From Escherichia coli (lineage in GTDB: Bacteria > Pseudomonadota > Gammaproteobacteria > Enterobacterales > Enterobacteriaceae): a stretch of 64,000 nucleotides of DNA. The position numbers and the translations under genes are program-made. This document shows, in pieces, positions 43,730-54,704 of this stretch. The stretch lies in NCBI RefSeq assembly GCF_003991155.1, contig NZ_CP031293.1; one strand, written 5' to 3'. How positions within the stretch are numbered: position 1 is the stretch's first letter; every line of letters begins with the position of its first letter. The notes beneath the pieces were generated by a model. That model was not told where the DNA came from, made no database searches, and saw nothing but the letters and a program-made list of their open reading frames with translations.

Positions 43730-45826
43730 ATGGAAAAGCACGGAGCTGAATTGCTTTTACAGCGGATGTTAGGAAATACCACCGCTACTTTCAGGGAAGG
43801 GCAATGGGAAGCCATAGATGCAGTGGTTAATCAGCGGCGAAAACTGCTGGTTGTACAGCGCACCGGCTGGGGGAAAAGTGCCGTGTACTTCATCGCCAGT
43901 AAAATCTTCCGCGATCGCGGCGCTGGCCCGACAATTATCATCTCTCCTTTGCTTGCCCTGATGCGTAACCAGGTTGCCGCCGCTGAACGGTTAGGTATTA
44001 CGGCTGAAACGTTGAATTCTACAAACAGGGAAGAATGGCAGCGCATTAGCGATAAGTTGCTGCAAGGTGAGGTCGATTGCTTGCTGGTTTCCCCGGAACG
44101 TTTGGCAAACCAGGACTTTATCGAAACGGTTTTATATCCTATAGCCGATCGTATTGGCTTGCTTGTGGTCGACGAGGCGCACTGCATCTCTGATTGGGGC
44201 CACGATTTTCGCCCGGATTACCGACGTATATTAGATATTTTGCGCCAACTGCCTGCGAATACCCCTGTTCTGGGTACAACCGCGACAGCGAATAACCGTG
44301 TTGTTGAGGATATCCGTCAGCAATTGGGTGACATTGTGATTCAGCGTGGAACGCTGGCTCGCGAAAGTTTGGCGCTTGATGCCTTAGTCTTAGGAGAACA
44401 GTCATCCCGTCTGGCATGGTTAGCAACGGTTATCCCTCAGTTTTCCAAATCGGGAATTGTTTATACCCTGACGACTCGCGATGCTGAACTTGTCGCCGAG
44501 TGGTTAAGGAAAAATGGTATCAGTGCATTTGCTTACTACAGCGGCGTGACTTGTGAAGGCGCGGAAGATTCTAATACTGCCAGGGAATATCTGGAGCAGG
44601 CACTGCTGGCAAATAAAATCAAAGTGCTGGTCGCGACGACGGCATTAGGTATGGGGTTTGATAAACCTGATTTAGGTTTCGTCATTCATTATCAGATGCC
44701 GGGGTCTATTGTCGGTTACTACCAACAGGTGGGGCGTGCCGGGCGTGCTATAGATTCCGCAGTTGGCATATTGCTTTGTGGTGGTGAAGACCGCGCTATT
44801 CATCAATTCTTCCGTGAAAGCGCCTTTCCTGCGGAGGCGCAAATTCATGAAATACTCAACGTACTTAGCGAGAATGACGGTCTTACCCTACGAGGCATTG
44901 AACAACGGACGAATCTTCGTTATGGGCAAATAGAAAAAGCACTGAAATTATTGGTAGCGGAAAATCCATCGCCTGTGGTGTATACCGAGAAATTATGGCG
45001 CAGAACTATCGTCAGTTTTTCTCCTGATCATGAACGAATTAACCATTTGATGAATCAGAGAAAAAGTGAGCTGGCAGACGTTGAAAGCTATATCACGACC
45101 AAGGAGTGCAAAATGCAATTTCTGCGCCGTGCACTCGATGAGCCAAGTGCCGAACGTTGTGGTAAATGTAGCAGTTGTCTTCAACATCCGTTATTGTCGC
45201 CCGACATTGATAGCGGCTTACTCCATGCGGCAAATTTATTTATTAAACACGCTGACCTGCCGTTAAATCTCAATAAACAGGTGGCAGCTGGGGCTTTTAC
45301 GCAATACGGATTTAAAGGGAACTTGCCTGCGGGTTTACAAGGATCTACGGGGCGAATCCTTTCTCGTTGGGGAGATTCCGGGTGGGGAAAGCAGGTAGCA
45401 CAGGAGAAAAAAACGGGGCGCTTAAGTGATGAGCTGGTAGAAGCATGTGCGGAAATGGTTTGCCAACGCTGGAATCCGCATCCTGAACCAACCTGGGTAT
45501 GCTGCGTTCCTTCATTAAGGCACCTCGACCTGGTTCCTGATTTTGCCCGGCGACTGGCGGCGAAACTTGGCTTACCTTTTATTGATGCCATTGAAAAAGT
45601 CGTGGACAATCCACCGCAGAAAATGCAGCAAAACCGTTTTCACCAGTGTCAAAATCTCGACGGGGCGTTTGTGATTACCCCTCCTTTGATGCCAGGTCCG
45701 GCGTTGCTGGTTGACGATATCGTGGATTCTGCATGGACGCTGACAGTTCTGACAGCACTGTTACGCAAGGCAGGTTGCCCGACGGTTTATCCTCTTGCCC
45801 TTGCTTCTACCTCGGTAAAAAATTGA
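43730..45826 (+). CDS. RecQ-family SF2 helicase fused to Cys-cluster and C-terminal ComFC-like phosphoribosyltransferase-type domain
   Basis: ORF track 698 aa. Walker A QRTGWGKS, DEAH box VVDEAHCISDWGHDFRPDY (RecQ-type), TATA motif, motif VI QQVGRAGRA, Cys cluster CGKCSSC, C-terminal PRT-like loop ALLVDDIVDSAWT preceded by ComF-like segment. By my recollection not present at this position in K-12. Confidence 0.8.
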   Translation: MEKHGAELLLQRMLGNTTATFREGQWEAIDAVVNQRRKLLVVQRTGWGKSAVYFIASKIFRDRGAGPTIIISPLLALMRNQVAAAERLGITAETLNSTNREEWQRISDKLLQGEVDCLLVSPERLANQDFIETVLYPIADRIGLLVVDEAHCISDWGHDFRPDYRRILDILRQLPANTPVLGTTATANNRVVEDIRQQLGDIVIQRGTLARESLALDALVLGEQSSRLAWLATVIPQFSKSGIVYTLTTRDAELVAEWLRKNGISAFAYYSGVTCEGAEDSNTAREYLEQALLANKIKVLVATTALGMGFDKPDLGFVIHYQMPGSIVGYYQQVGRAGRAIDSAVGILLCGGEDRAIHQFFRESAFPAEAQIHEILNVLSENDGLTLRGIEQRTNLRYGQIEKALKLLVAENPSPVVYTEKLWRRTIVSFSPDHERINHLMNQRKSELADVESYITTKECKMQFLRRALDEPSAERCGKCSSCLQHPLLSPDIDSGLLHAANLFIKHADLPLNLNKQVAAGAFTQYGFKGNLPAGLQGSTGRILSRWGDSGWGKQVAQEKKTGRLSDELVEACAEMVCQRWNPHPEPTWVCCVPSLRHLDLVPDFARRLAAKLGLPFIDAIEKVVDNPPQKMQQNRFHQCQNLDGAFVITPPLMPGPALLVDDIVDSAWTLTVLTALLRKAGCPTVYPLALASTSVKN

Positions 45827-47028
45827 TGAATCTTTCAGCCAATGCACAAGCGACCCTCCTGCTAACCAGCGATTTTTCTCGCGCGGCGGCGAGTGAGTAT
45901 AAACCTCTTAGTAATAGTGAATGGGGGAAGTTTGCATTATGGCTGAAGCACCAACGTATCAGTCCCGCCGATCTTCTGGTGCCGCAACCGCAAGAGAAAC
46001 TTACAGGCTGGAGCGATCCGCGTATTTCTCAGGAGCGTATTCTTGGCTTGCTGGCGCGTGGCCATAGTCTGGCGTTGGCGGTAGATAAGTGGCAACGCGC
46101 CGGTTTATGGATCTTAACCCGCGGAGATGCCGATTATCCCGTTCGCTTGAAAAACCGATTGCGAACGGATGCACCTCCCGTTTTATTTGGCTGCGGGAAT
46201 AAAGCATTACTGCAAGCGGAAGGTATGGCGATTGTTGGCTCGCGAGATGCTCCGACTGCCGATTTGCGCTATACCCAACAACTGGCAGCGAAACTGGCCC
46301 AACAGGGGATTTGCGTTATCTCTGGTGGTGCGCGAGGTATTGATGAATGTGCAATGGCGTCGGCACTGGAGGCCGGGGGAACTGCCGTTGGCGTATTAGC
46401 TGATAGCTTGTTAAAAACGAGTACGTTAGTGAAATGGCGTGAAGGGCTTATAGCAGGCAACCTGGTGTTGATTTCGCCGTTTTACCCAGAGGTACGTTTC
46501 ACCGTCGGCAATGCGATGGCGCGAAATAAATATATTTATTGCCTTGCTGAAAGCGCAATGGTTGTACGTGCGGGAATGACCGGTGGAACGATAACCGGAG
46601 CGATGGAGGCGTTAAAACATCAGTGGCTGCCTGTGCAGGTTAAACCAAATCAGGATGTGCAATCAGCCAATTCACGATTAGTAGAAAATGGGGCGTCATG
46701 GAGTGCTGAACAGGCTGAGAATGTGACGATCAGACTGCCAGACGTTCCTGGGCTGATGTATGACAGAGCACTCCGTAACGCTCAACCAGAATTGTTTTCG
46801 CTGCACGAAGATGACGCAAATTACGCAGTGATGCCCTCGCATACCCCTGTCGATTTTTATCAACTTTTTGTGGCGGAACTGGCGATCCTTGCAAAGGAAT
46901 CGATAAGTATTGAAAGGCTGGCGTCTTGTACTGGTTTAACCATCGAACAAATTAGTGTGTGGCTGAACCGCGCAGAAGAAGAGGGAAGGGTTATCCGATT
47001 GGGCGAAGGTCATTATCAGTTCAGGTAA
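45826..47028 (+). CDS. DprA/Smf-family (SLOG superfamily) protein, paralog of housekeeping DprA
   Basis: ORF track 45733..47028; likely start ATG 45826 overlapping the helicase stop as TGATG (400 aa). Rossmann-type DprA core AIVGSRDAPTADLRYTQQLAAKLAQQGICVISGGARGIDECAMASALEAGG, N-terminal SAM-like region, C-terminal winged-helix-like tail. Confidence 0.8.
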   Translation: MNLSANAQATLLLTSDFSRAAASEYKPLSNSEWGKFALWLKHQRISPADLLVPQPQEKLTGWSDPRISQERILGLLARGHSLALAVDKWQRAGLWILTRGDADYPVRLKNRLRTDAPPVLFGCGNKALLQAEGMAIVGSRDAPTADLRYTQQLAAKLAQQGICVISGGARGIDECAMASALEAGGTAVGVLADSLLKTSTLVKWREGLIAGNLVLISPFYPEVRFTVGNAMARNKYIYCLAESAMVVRAGMTGGTITGAMEALKHQWLPVQVKPNQDVQSANSRLVENGASWSAEQAENVTIRLPDVPGLMYDRALRNAQPELFSLHEDDANYAVMPSHTPVDFYQLFVAELAILAKESISIERLASCTGLTIEQISVWLNRAEEEGRVIRLGEGHYQFR

Positions 47029-47031
47029 TAA

Positions 47032-47067
47032 AACAGGTGCCGCCTCTGGTTGTGTGCAGCACCTGTT
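47032..47067. terminator. Bidirectional hairpin between DprA-like gene and yhgN
   Basis: aacaggtgccgc ... gcagcacctgtt stem (11 of 12 paired) read from sequence. Confidence 0.5.
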
Positions 47068-47073
47068 TGAACC

Positions 47074-47667
47074 TTACCCTTTCATCCACATTCGAATGCC
47101 GTCGAGGAACATCTGGGTTGCCATCATCACCAGAATCAATCCCATCAGGCGTTCAAGTGCATTCACCCCTTTCTCGCCCAGCAGACGTAAAAATAGCGAA
47201 GACTGTAGCAGGATAACAAAGGTGCCACCCCAGGCCAGCAGCAGAGCAATTACCAGATGTCCCATCTGATTCGGGTACTGATGAGACAACAACATCAGCG
47301 TGGCGAGAATAGTCGGCCCGGCGACTAACGGAATTGCCAACGGCACGATAAACGGCTCTTCACCTGCCGGAAGCCCGCTGCTATTTCCTGAAGCGCTGGG
47401 GAAAATCATCTTAATGGCGATCAGAAACAGAATGATGCCGCCAGAAATGGAGACGGTTTCTGCTCGCAGGCTGAGAAATGCCAGAATTTTCTCACCCGCA
47501 AACAGGAACACCAGCATCACCAGGAGAGCAATAAGCAACTCCCGCACCATGATTGCCCGCCGTCTTTTCGGTTCAGTATGTTTCAGTACGGACATGAAAA
47601 TAGGTAGGTTTCCGAGCGGATCCATAATCAGGATCAATAAAACTGCTGCAGAAATGATTTCATTCAT
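47074..47667 (-). CDS. yhgN: MarC-family inner membrane protein YhgN
   Basis: ORF track 197 aa polytopic membrane protein; synteny next to asd. Confidence 0.9.
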   Translation of the reverse strand: MNEIISAAVLLILIMDPLGNLPIFMSVLKHTEPKRRRAIMVRELLIALLVMLVFLFAGEKILAFLSLRAETVSISGGIILFLIAIKMIFPSASGNSSGLPAGEEPFIVPLAIPLVAGPTILATLMLLSHQYPNQMGHLVIALLLAWGGTFVILLQSSLFLRLLGEKGVNALERLMGLILVMMATQMFLDGIRMWMKG

Positions 47668-47858
47668 AACTCAAATTCCCTGATAATTGCCGCGGACTTT
47701 CTGCGTGCTAACAAAGCAGGATAAGTCGCATTACTGATGGCTTCGCTATCATTGATTAATTTCACTTGCGACTTTGGCTGCTTTTTGTATGGTGAAAGAT
47801 GTGCCAGGAGGAGACCGGCACATTTATACAGCACACATCTTTGCAGGAAAAAACGCTT

Positions 47859-48962
47859 ATGAAAAATGTTGGTTTTATCGGCTGGCGCGGTATGGTCGGC
47901 TCCGTTCTCATGCAACGCATGGTTGAAGAGCGCGACTTCGACGCCATTCGCCCTGTCTTCTTTTCTACTTCTCAGCTTGGTCAGGCTGCGCCGTCTTTTG
48001 GCGGAACCACTGACACACTTCAGGATGCCTTTGATCTGGAGGCGCTAAAGGCCCTCGATATCATTGTGACCTGTCAGGGCGGCGATTATACCAACGAAAT
48101 CTATCCAAAGCTTCGTGAAAGCGGATGGCAAGGTTACTGGATTGACGCAGCATCATCTCTGCGCATGAAAGATGACGCCATCATCATTCTTGACCCCGTC
48201 AATCAGGACGTCATTACCGACGGATTAAATAATGGCATCAGGACTTTTGTTGGCGGTAACTGTACCGTAAGCCTGATGTTGATGTCGTTGGGTGGTTTAT
48301 TCGCCAATGATCTTGTTGATTGGGTGTCCGTTGCAACCTACCAGGCCGCTTCCGGCGGTGGTGCGCGACATATGCGTGAGTTATTAACCCAGATGGGCCA
48401 TCTGTATGGCCATGTGGCAGATGAACTCGCGACCCCGTCCTCTGCTATTCTCGATATCGAACGCAAAGTCACAACCTTAACCCGTAGCGGTGAGCTGCCG
48501 GTAGATAACTTTGGCGTGCCGCTGGCGGGTAGCCTGATTCCGTGGATCGACAAACAGCTTGATAACGGTCAGAGCCGCGAAGAGTGGAAAGGGCAGGCGG
48601 AAACCAACAAGATCCTCAACACATCTTCCGTAATTCCGGTAGATGGTTTATGTGTGCGTGTCGGGGCATTGCGCTGCCACAGCCAGGCATTCACTATTAA
48701 ATTGAAAAAAGATGTGTCTATTCCGACCGTGGAAGAACTGCTGGCTGCGCACAATCCGTGGGCGAAAGTTGTTCCAAACGATCGGGAAATCACTATGCGT
48801 GAGCTAACCCCAGCTGCCGTTACCGGCACGCTGACCACGCCGGTAGGCCGTCTGCGTAAGCTGAATATGGGACCGGAGTTCCTGTCAGCCTTTACCGTAG
48901 GCGACCAGCTGCTGTGGGGGGCCGCGGAGCCGCTGCGTCGGATGCTTCGTCAACTGGCGTAA
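47859..48962 (+). CDS. asd: Aspartate-semialdehyde dehydrogenase
   Basis: ORF track 47799..48962; start moved to [15 protein letters not shown] giving 367 aa. Confidence 0.95.
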
Positions 48963-49234
48963 TCTTTATTCATTAAATCTGGGGCGCGATGCCGCCCCTG
49001 CTAGTGCGTAATACAGGAGTAAGCGCAGATGTTTCATGATTTACCGGGAGTTAAATAGAGCATTGGCTATTCTTTAAGGGTGGCGGAATACACGAGTATT
49101 CACAGCCTTACCTGAAGTGAGGACGACGCAGAGAGGATGCACAGAGTGCTGCGCCGTTCAGGTCAAAAAAATGTCACAACCAGAAGTCAAAAATTCAGTT
49201 GGATGGGGTGACACAATAAAACAGGAAGACAAGC

Positions 49235-51421
49235 ATGTCCGATCGTATCGATAGAGACGTGATTAACGCGCTAATTGCAGGCCATTTTGCGGATCCTTTT
49301 TCCGTACTGGGGATGCATAAAACCACCGCGGGACTGGAAGTCCGTGCCCTTTTACCCGACGCTACCGATGTGTGGGTGATTGAACCGAAAACCGGGCGCA
49401 AACTCGCAAAACTGGAGTGTCTCGACTCCCGTGGATTCTTTAGCGGTGTCATTCCGCGACGTAAGAATTTTTTCCGCTATCAACTGGCTGTTGTCTGGCA
49501 TGGTCAGCAAAACCTGATAGATGATCCTTACCGTTTTGGTCCGCTAATCCAGGAAATGGATGCCTGGCTATTATCTGAAGGTACTCACCTGCGCCCGTAT
49601 GAAACCTTAGGCGCGCATGCAGATACTATGGATGGCGTCACAGGTACGCGTTTTTCTGTCTGGGCTCCAAACGCCCGTCGGGTCTCGGTGGTTGGGCAAT
49701 TCAACTACTGGGACGGTCGCCGTCATCCGATGCGCCTGCGTAAAGAGAGCGGCATCTGGGAACTGTTTATCCCTGGGGCGCATAACGGTCAGCTCTATAA
49801 ATATGAGATGATTGATGCCAATGGCAACTTGCGTCTGAAGTCCGACCCTTATGCCTTCGAAGCGCAAATGCGCCCGGAAACCGCGTCTCTTATTTGCGGG
49901 CTGCCGGAAAAGGTTGTGCAGACTGAAGAGCGCAAAAAAGCGAATCAGTTTGATGCGCCAATCTCTATTTATGAAGTTCACCTGGGCTCCTGGCGTCGCC
50001 ACACCGACAACAATTTCTGGTTGAGCTACCGCGAGCTGGCCGATCAACTGGTGCCTTATGCTAAATGGATGGGCTTTACCCATCTCGAGCTACTGCCCAT
50101 TAACGAGCATCCCTTCGATGGCAGTTGGGGTTATCAGCCAACCGGCCTGTATGCACCGACCCGCCGTTTTGGTACCCGCGACGACTTCCGTTATTTCATT
50201 GATGCCGCACACGCAGCTGGTCTGAACGTGATTCTCGACTGGGTGCCAGGCCACTTCCCGACCGATGACTTTGCGCTTGCCGAATTTGATGGCACGAACT
50301 TGTATGAACACAGCGATCCGCGCGAAGGCTATCATCAGGACTGGAACACGCTGATCTACAACTATGGTCGCCGTGAAGTTAGTAACTTCCTTGTCGGTAA
50401 CGCGCTTTACTGGATCGAACGTTTTGGTATTGATGCGCTGCGCGTCGATGCGGTGGCGTCAATGATTTATCGCGACTACAGCCGTAAAGAGGGGGAGTGG
50501 ATCCCGAACGAATTTGGCGGGCGCGAGAATCTTGAAGCGATTGAATTCTTGCGTAATACCAACCGTATTCTTGGTGAGCAGGTTTCCGGTGCGGTGACAA
50601 TGGCGGAGGAGTCTACCGATTTCCCTGGCGTTTCTCGTCCGCAGGACATGGGCGGTCTGGGCTTCTGGTACAAGTGGAACCTCGGCTGGATGCATGACAC
50701 CCTGGACTACATGAAGCTCGACCCGGTTTATCGTCAGTATCATCACGATAAACTGACCTTCGGGATGCTCTACAACTACACTGAAAACTTCGTCCTGCCG
50801 TTGTCGCATGATGAAGTGGTCCACGGTAAAAAATCGATTCTCGATCGGATGCCGGGCGACGCATGGCAGAAATTCGCTAACCTGCGCGCCTACTACGGCT
50901 GGATGTGGGCATTCCCGGGCAAGAAATTGCTGTTCATGGGGAACGAATTTGCCCAGGGCCGCGAGTGGAACCATGACGCCAGCCTCGACTGGCATCTGTT
51001 GGAAGGCGGCGATAACTGGCACCACGGTGTCCAGCGTCTGGTGCGCGATCTGAACCTCACCTACCGCCACCATAAAGCAATGCATGAACTGGATTTTGAC
51101 CCGTACGGCTTTGAATGGCTGGTGGTGGATGACAAAGAACGCTCGGTGCTGATCTTTGTGCGTCGCGATAAAGAGGGTAACGAAATCATCGTTGCCAGTA
51201 ACTTTACTCCGGTGCCGCGTCATGATTATCGCTTCGGCATTAACCAGCCGGGCAAATGGCGTGAAATCCTCAATACCGATTCCATGCACTATCACGGCAG
51301 TAATGCCGGCAATGGCGGCACGGTACACAGCGATGAGATTGCCAGCCACGGTCGTCAGCATTCACTAAGCCTGACACTACCACCGCTGGCCACTATCTGG
51401 CTGGTTCGGGAGGCAGAATGA
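49235..51421 (+). CDS. glgB: 1,4-alpha-glucan branching enzyme GlgB
   Basis: ORF track 728 aa; GH13 motifs. Confidence 0.95.
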   Translation: MSDRIDRDVINALIAGHFADPFSVLGMHKTTAGLEVRALLPDATDVWVIEPKTGRKLAKLECLDSRGFFSGVIPRRKNFFRYQLAVVWHGQQNLIDDPYRFGPLIQEMDAWLLSEGTHLRPYETLGAHADTMDGVTGTRFSVWAPNARRVSVVGQFNYWDGRRHPMRLRKESGIWELFIPGAHNGQLYKYEMIDANGNLRLKSDPYAFEAQMRPETASLICGLPEKVVQTEERKKANQFDAPISIYEVHLGSWRRHTDNNFWLSYRELADQLVPYAKWMGFTHLELLPINEHPFDGSWGYQPTGLYAPTRRFGTRDDFRYFIDAAHAAGLNVILDWVPGHFPTDDFALAEFDGTNLYEHSDPREGYHQDWNTLIYNYGRREVSNFLVGNALYWIERFGIDALRVDAVASMIYRDYSRKEGEWIPNEFGGRENLEAIEFLRNTNRILGEQVSGAVTMAEESTDFPGVSRPQDMGGLGFWYKWNLGWMHDTLDYMKLDPVYRQYHHDKLTFGMLYNYTENFVLPLSHDEVVHGKKSILDRMPGDAWQKFANLRAYYGWMWAFPGKKLLFMGNEFAQGREWNHDASLDWHLLEGGDNWHHGVQRLVRDLNLTYRHHKAMHELDFDPYGFEWLVVDDKERSVLIFVRRDKEGNEIIVASNFTPVPRHDYRFGINQPGKWREILNTDSMHYHGSNAGNGGTVHSDEIASHGRQHSLSLTLPPLATIWLVREAE

Positions 51422-53391
51422 CACAACTCGCCATTGGCAAACCCGCACCCCTCGGCGCGCATTACGACGGTCAGGGCGTCAACTTCACACTTTTCTCCGC
51501 TCATGCCGAGCGGGTAGAACTGTGTATCTTTGACGCCAATGGCCAGGAACATCGCTATGACTTGCCAGGGCACAGTGGCGACATTTGGCACGGTTATCTG
51601 CCGGATGCGCGTCCGGGTTTGCGTTATGGTTATCGCGTTCATGGCCCCTGGCAACCCGCCGAGGGGCATCGCTTTAACCCGGCGAAGTTGTTGATTGATC
51701 CTTGCGCGCGGCAAATTGACGGGGAGTTTAAAGATAACCCGCTGCTGCACGCCGGTCATAATGAACCTGACTATCGCGACAACGCCGCCATTGCGCCGAA
51801 ATGCGTAGTGGTGGTTGATCACTATGACTGGGAAGATGATGCCCCGCCGCGCACGCCGTGGGGCAGCACCATCATTTATGAAGCCCATGTCAAAGGATTA
51901 ACGTACCTGCACCCGGAGATCCCGGTCGAGATCCGTGGCACTTATAAAGCCCTGGGGCATCCGGTGATGATCAACTATTTGAAACAGTTGGGCATTACCG
52001 CGCTGGAACTGCTGCCGGTGGCGCAGTTTGCCAGTGAACCACGTCTGCAACGCATGGGGCTAAGTAACTACTGGGGTTACAACCCGGTGGCGATGTTTGC
52101 GCTGCATCCGGCGTATGCCTGCTCCCCAGAAACGGCGCTGCATGAGTTTCGCGATGCAATCAAAGCACTGCATAAAGCGGGTATCGAAGTCATTCTTGAT
52201 ATCGTGCTCAACCATAGCGCGGAACTGGACCTCGACGGCCCGTTATTCTCTCTGCGTGGGATCGACAACCGTAGCTATTATTGGATAAGAGAAGACGGCG
52301 ATTATCACAACTGGACCGGTTGTGGCAACACGCTCAATTTGAGTCATCCGGCGGTAGTGGATTATGCCAGCGCTTGCCTGCGTTATTGGGTAGAAACCTG
52401 CCACGTCGATGGTTTCCGCTTTGATCTGGCGGCAGTCATGGGCCGTACGCCAGAGTTCCGTCAGGATGCGCCGTTGTTTACCGCTATCCAGAACTGCCCC
52501 GTGCTCTCACAGGTGAAGTTAATTGCTGAACCGTGGGATATTGCGCCTGGTGGTTATCAGGTGGGAAATTTCCCGCCACTGTTTGCTGAGTGGAACGATC
52601 ATTTCCGCGATGCTGCCCGTCGTTTCTGGCTGCATTATGATTTGCCTCTGGGGGCGTTTGCCGGGCGTTTTGCTGCCTCCAGCGATGTTTTTAAACGTAA
52701 TGGTCGTCTGCCGAGTGCCGCGATTAATCTCGTCACCGCGCATGACGGTTTTACGCTTCGCGACTGCGTTTGCTTCAACCATAAACACAATGAAGCAAAC
52801 GGAGAAGAAAATCGCGACGGGACCAACAACAATTACAGTAACAATCATGGTAAAGAAGGGTTAGGCGGTACTCTTGATCTGGTTGAACGGCGGCGCGACA
52901 GCATTCACGCCCTGTTAACAACGTTGTTGCTCTCCCAGGGTACGCCGATGTTACTGGCCGGTGACGAACATGGTCACAGCCAGCATGGCAATAACAATGC
53001 CTACTGTCAGGATAACCAATTAACCTGGTTGGACTGGTCGCAGGCAAGCAGTGGTTTAACCGCATTTACCGCCGCGTTAATCCATCTGCGCAAGCGCATT
53101 CCCGCTTTGATGGAGAATCGCTGGTGGGAAGAAGGCGACGGCAATGTCCGTTGGCTAAATCGATATGCTCAACCTTTAAGCACGGATGAGTGGCAAAACG
53201 GGCCGAAACAGCTGCAAATTCTGCTTTCGGATCGCTTTTTGATCGCAATTAACGCCACGCTTGAGGTAACAGAGATTGTTTTACCTGCTGGGGAGTGGCA
53301 CGCCATTCCCCCATTCGCTGGAGAGGATAACCCAGTGATTACGGCTGTCTGGCAGGGACCTGCACACGGATTGTGTGTGTTCCAGAGATGA
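51418..53391 (+). CDS. glgX: Glycogen debranching enzyme GlgX
   Basis: ORF track 657 aa; 4-nt overlap with glgB. Confidence 0.95.
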
Positions 53392-53408
53392 TAAAAAAGG
53401 AGTTAGTC

Positions 53409-54704
53409 ATGGTTAGTTTAGAGAAGAACGATCACTTAATGTTGGCGCGCCAGCTGCCATTGAAATCTGTTGCCCTGATACTGGCGGGAGGACGTGGTAC
53501 CCGCCTGAAGGATTTAACCAATAAGCGAGCAAAACCGGCCGTACACTTCGGCGGTAAGTTCCGCATTATCGACTTTGCGCTGTCTAACTGCATCAACTCC
53601 GGGATCCGTCGTATGGGCGTGATCACCCAGTACCAGTCCCACACTCTGGTGCAGCACATTCAGCGCGGCTGGTCATTCTTCAATGAAGAAATGAACGAGT
53701 TTGTCGATCTGCTGCCAGCACAGCAGAGAATGAAAGGGGAAAACTGGTATCGCGGCACCGCAGATGCAGTTACCCAAAACCTCGACATTATCCGCCGTTA
53801 TAAAGCGGAATACGTGGTGATCCTGGCGGGCGACCATATCTACAAGCAAGACTACTCGCGTATGCTTATCGACCACGTCGAAAAAGGCGCACGTTGCACC
53901 GTTGCTTGTATGCCAGTACCGATTGAAGAAGCCTCCGCATTTGGCGTTATGGCGGTTGATGAGAACGATAAAATTATCGAATTCGTTGAAAAACCAGCTA
54001 ACCCGCCGTCAATGCCGAACGATCCGAGCAAATCTCTGGCGAGTATGGGTATTTACGTCTTTGACGCCGACTATCTGTATGAACTGCTGGAAGAAGACGA
54101 TCGCGATGAGAACTCCAGCCACGACTTTGGCAAAGATTTGATTCCCAAGATCACCGAAGCCGGTCTGGCCTATGCGCACCCGTTCCCGCTCTCTTGCGTA
54201 CAATCCGACCCGGATGCCGAGCCGTACTGGCGCGATGTGGGTACGCTGGAAGCTTACTGGAAAGCGAACCTCGATCTGGCCTCTGTGGTGCCGGAACTGG
54301 ATATGTACGATCGCAATTGGCCAATTCGCACCTACAATGAATCATTACCGCCAGCGAAATTCGTGCAGGATCGCTCCGGTAGCCACGGGATGACCCTTAA
54401 CTCACTGGTATCCGGCGGTTGTGTGATCTCCGGTTCGGTGGTGGTGCAGTCCGTTCTGTTCTCGCGCGTTCGCGTGAATTCATTCTGCAACATTGATTCC
54501 GCCGTATTGTTACCGGAAGTATGGGTAGGTCGCTCGTGCCGTCTGCGCCGCTGCGTCATCGATCGTGCTTGTGTTATTCCGGAAGGCATGGTGATTGGTG
54601 AAAACGCAGAGGAAGATGCACGTCGTTTCTATCGTTCAGAAGAAGGCATCGTGCTGGTAACGCGCGAAATGCTACGGAAGTTAGGGCATAAACAGGAGCG
54701 ATAA
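53409..54704 (+). CDS. glgC: Glucose-1-phosphate adenylyltransferase GlgC
   Basis: ORF track 53373..54704; start moved to [20 protein letters not shown] giving 431 aa. Confidence 0.95.
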
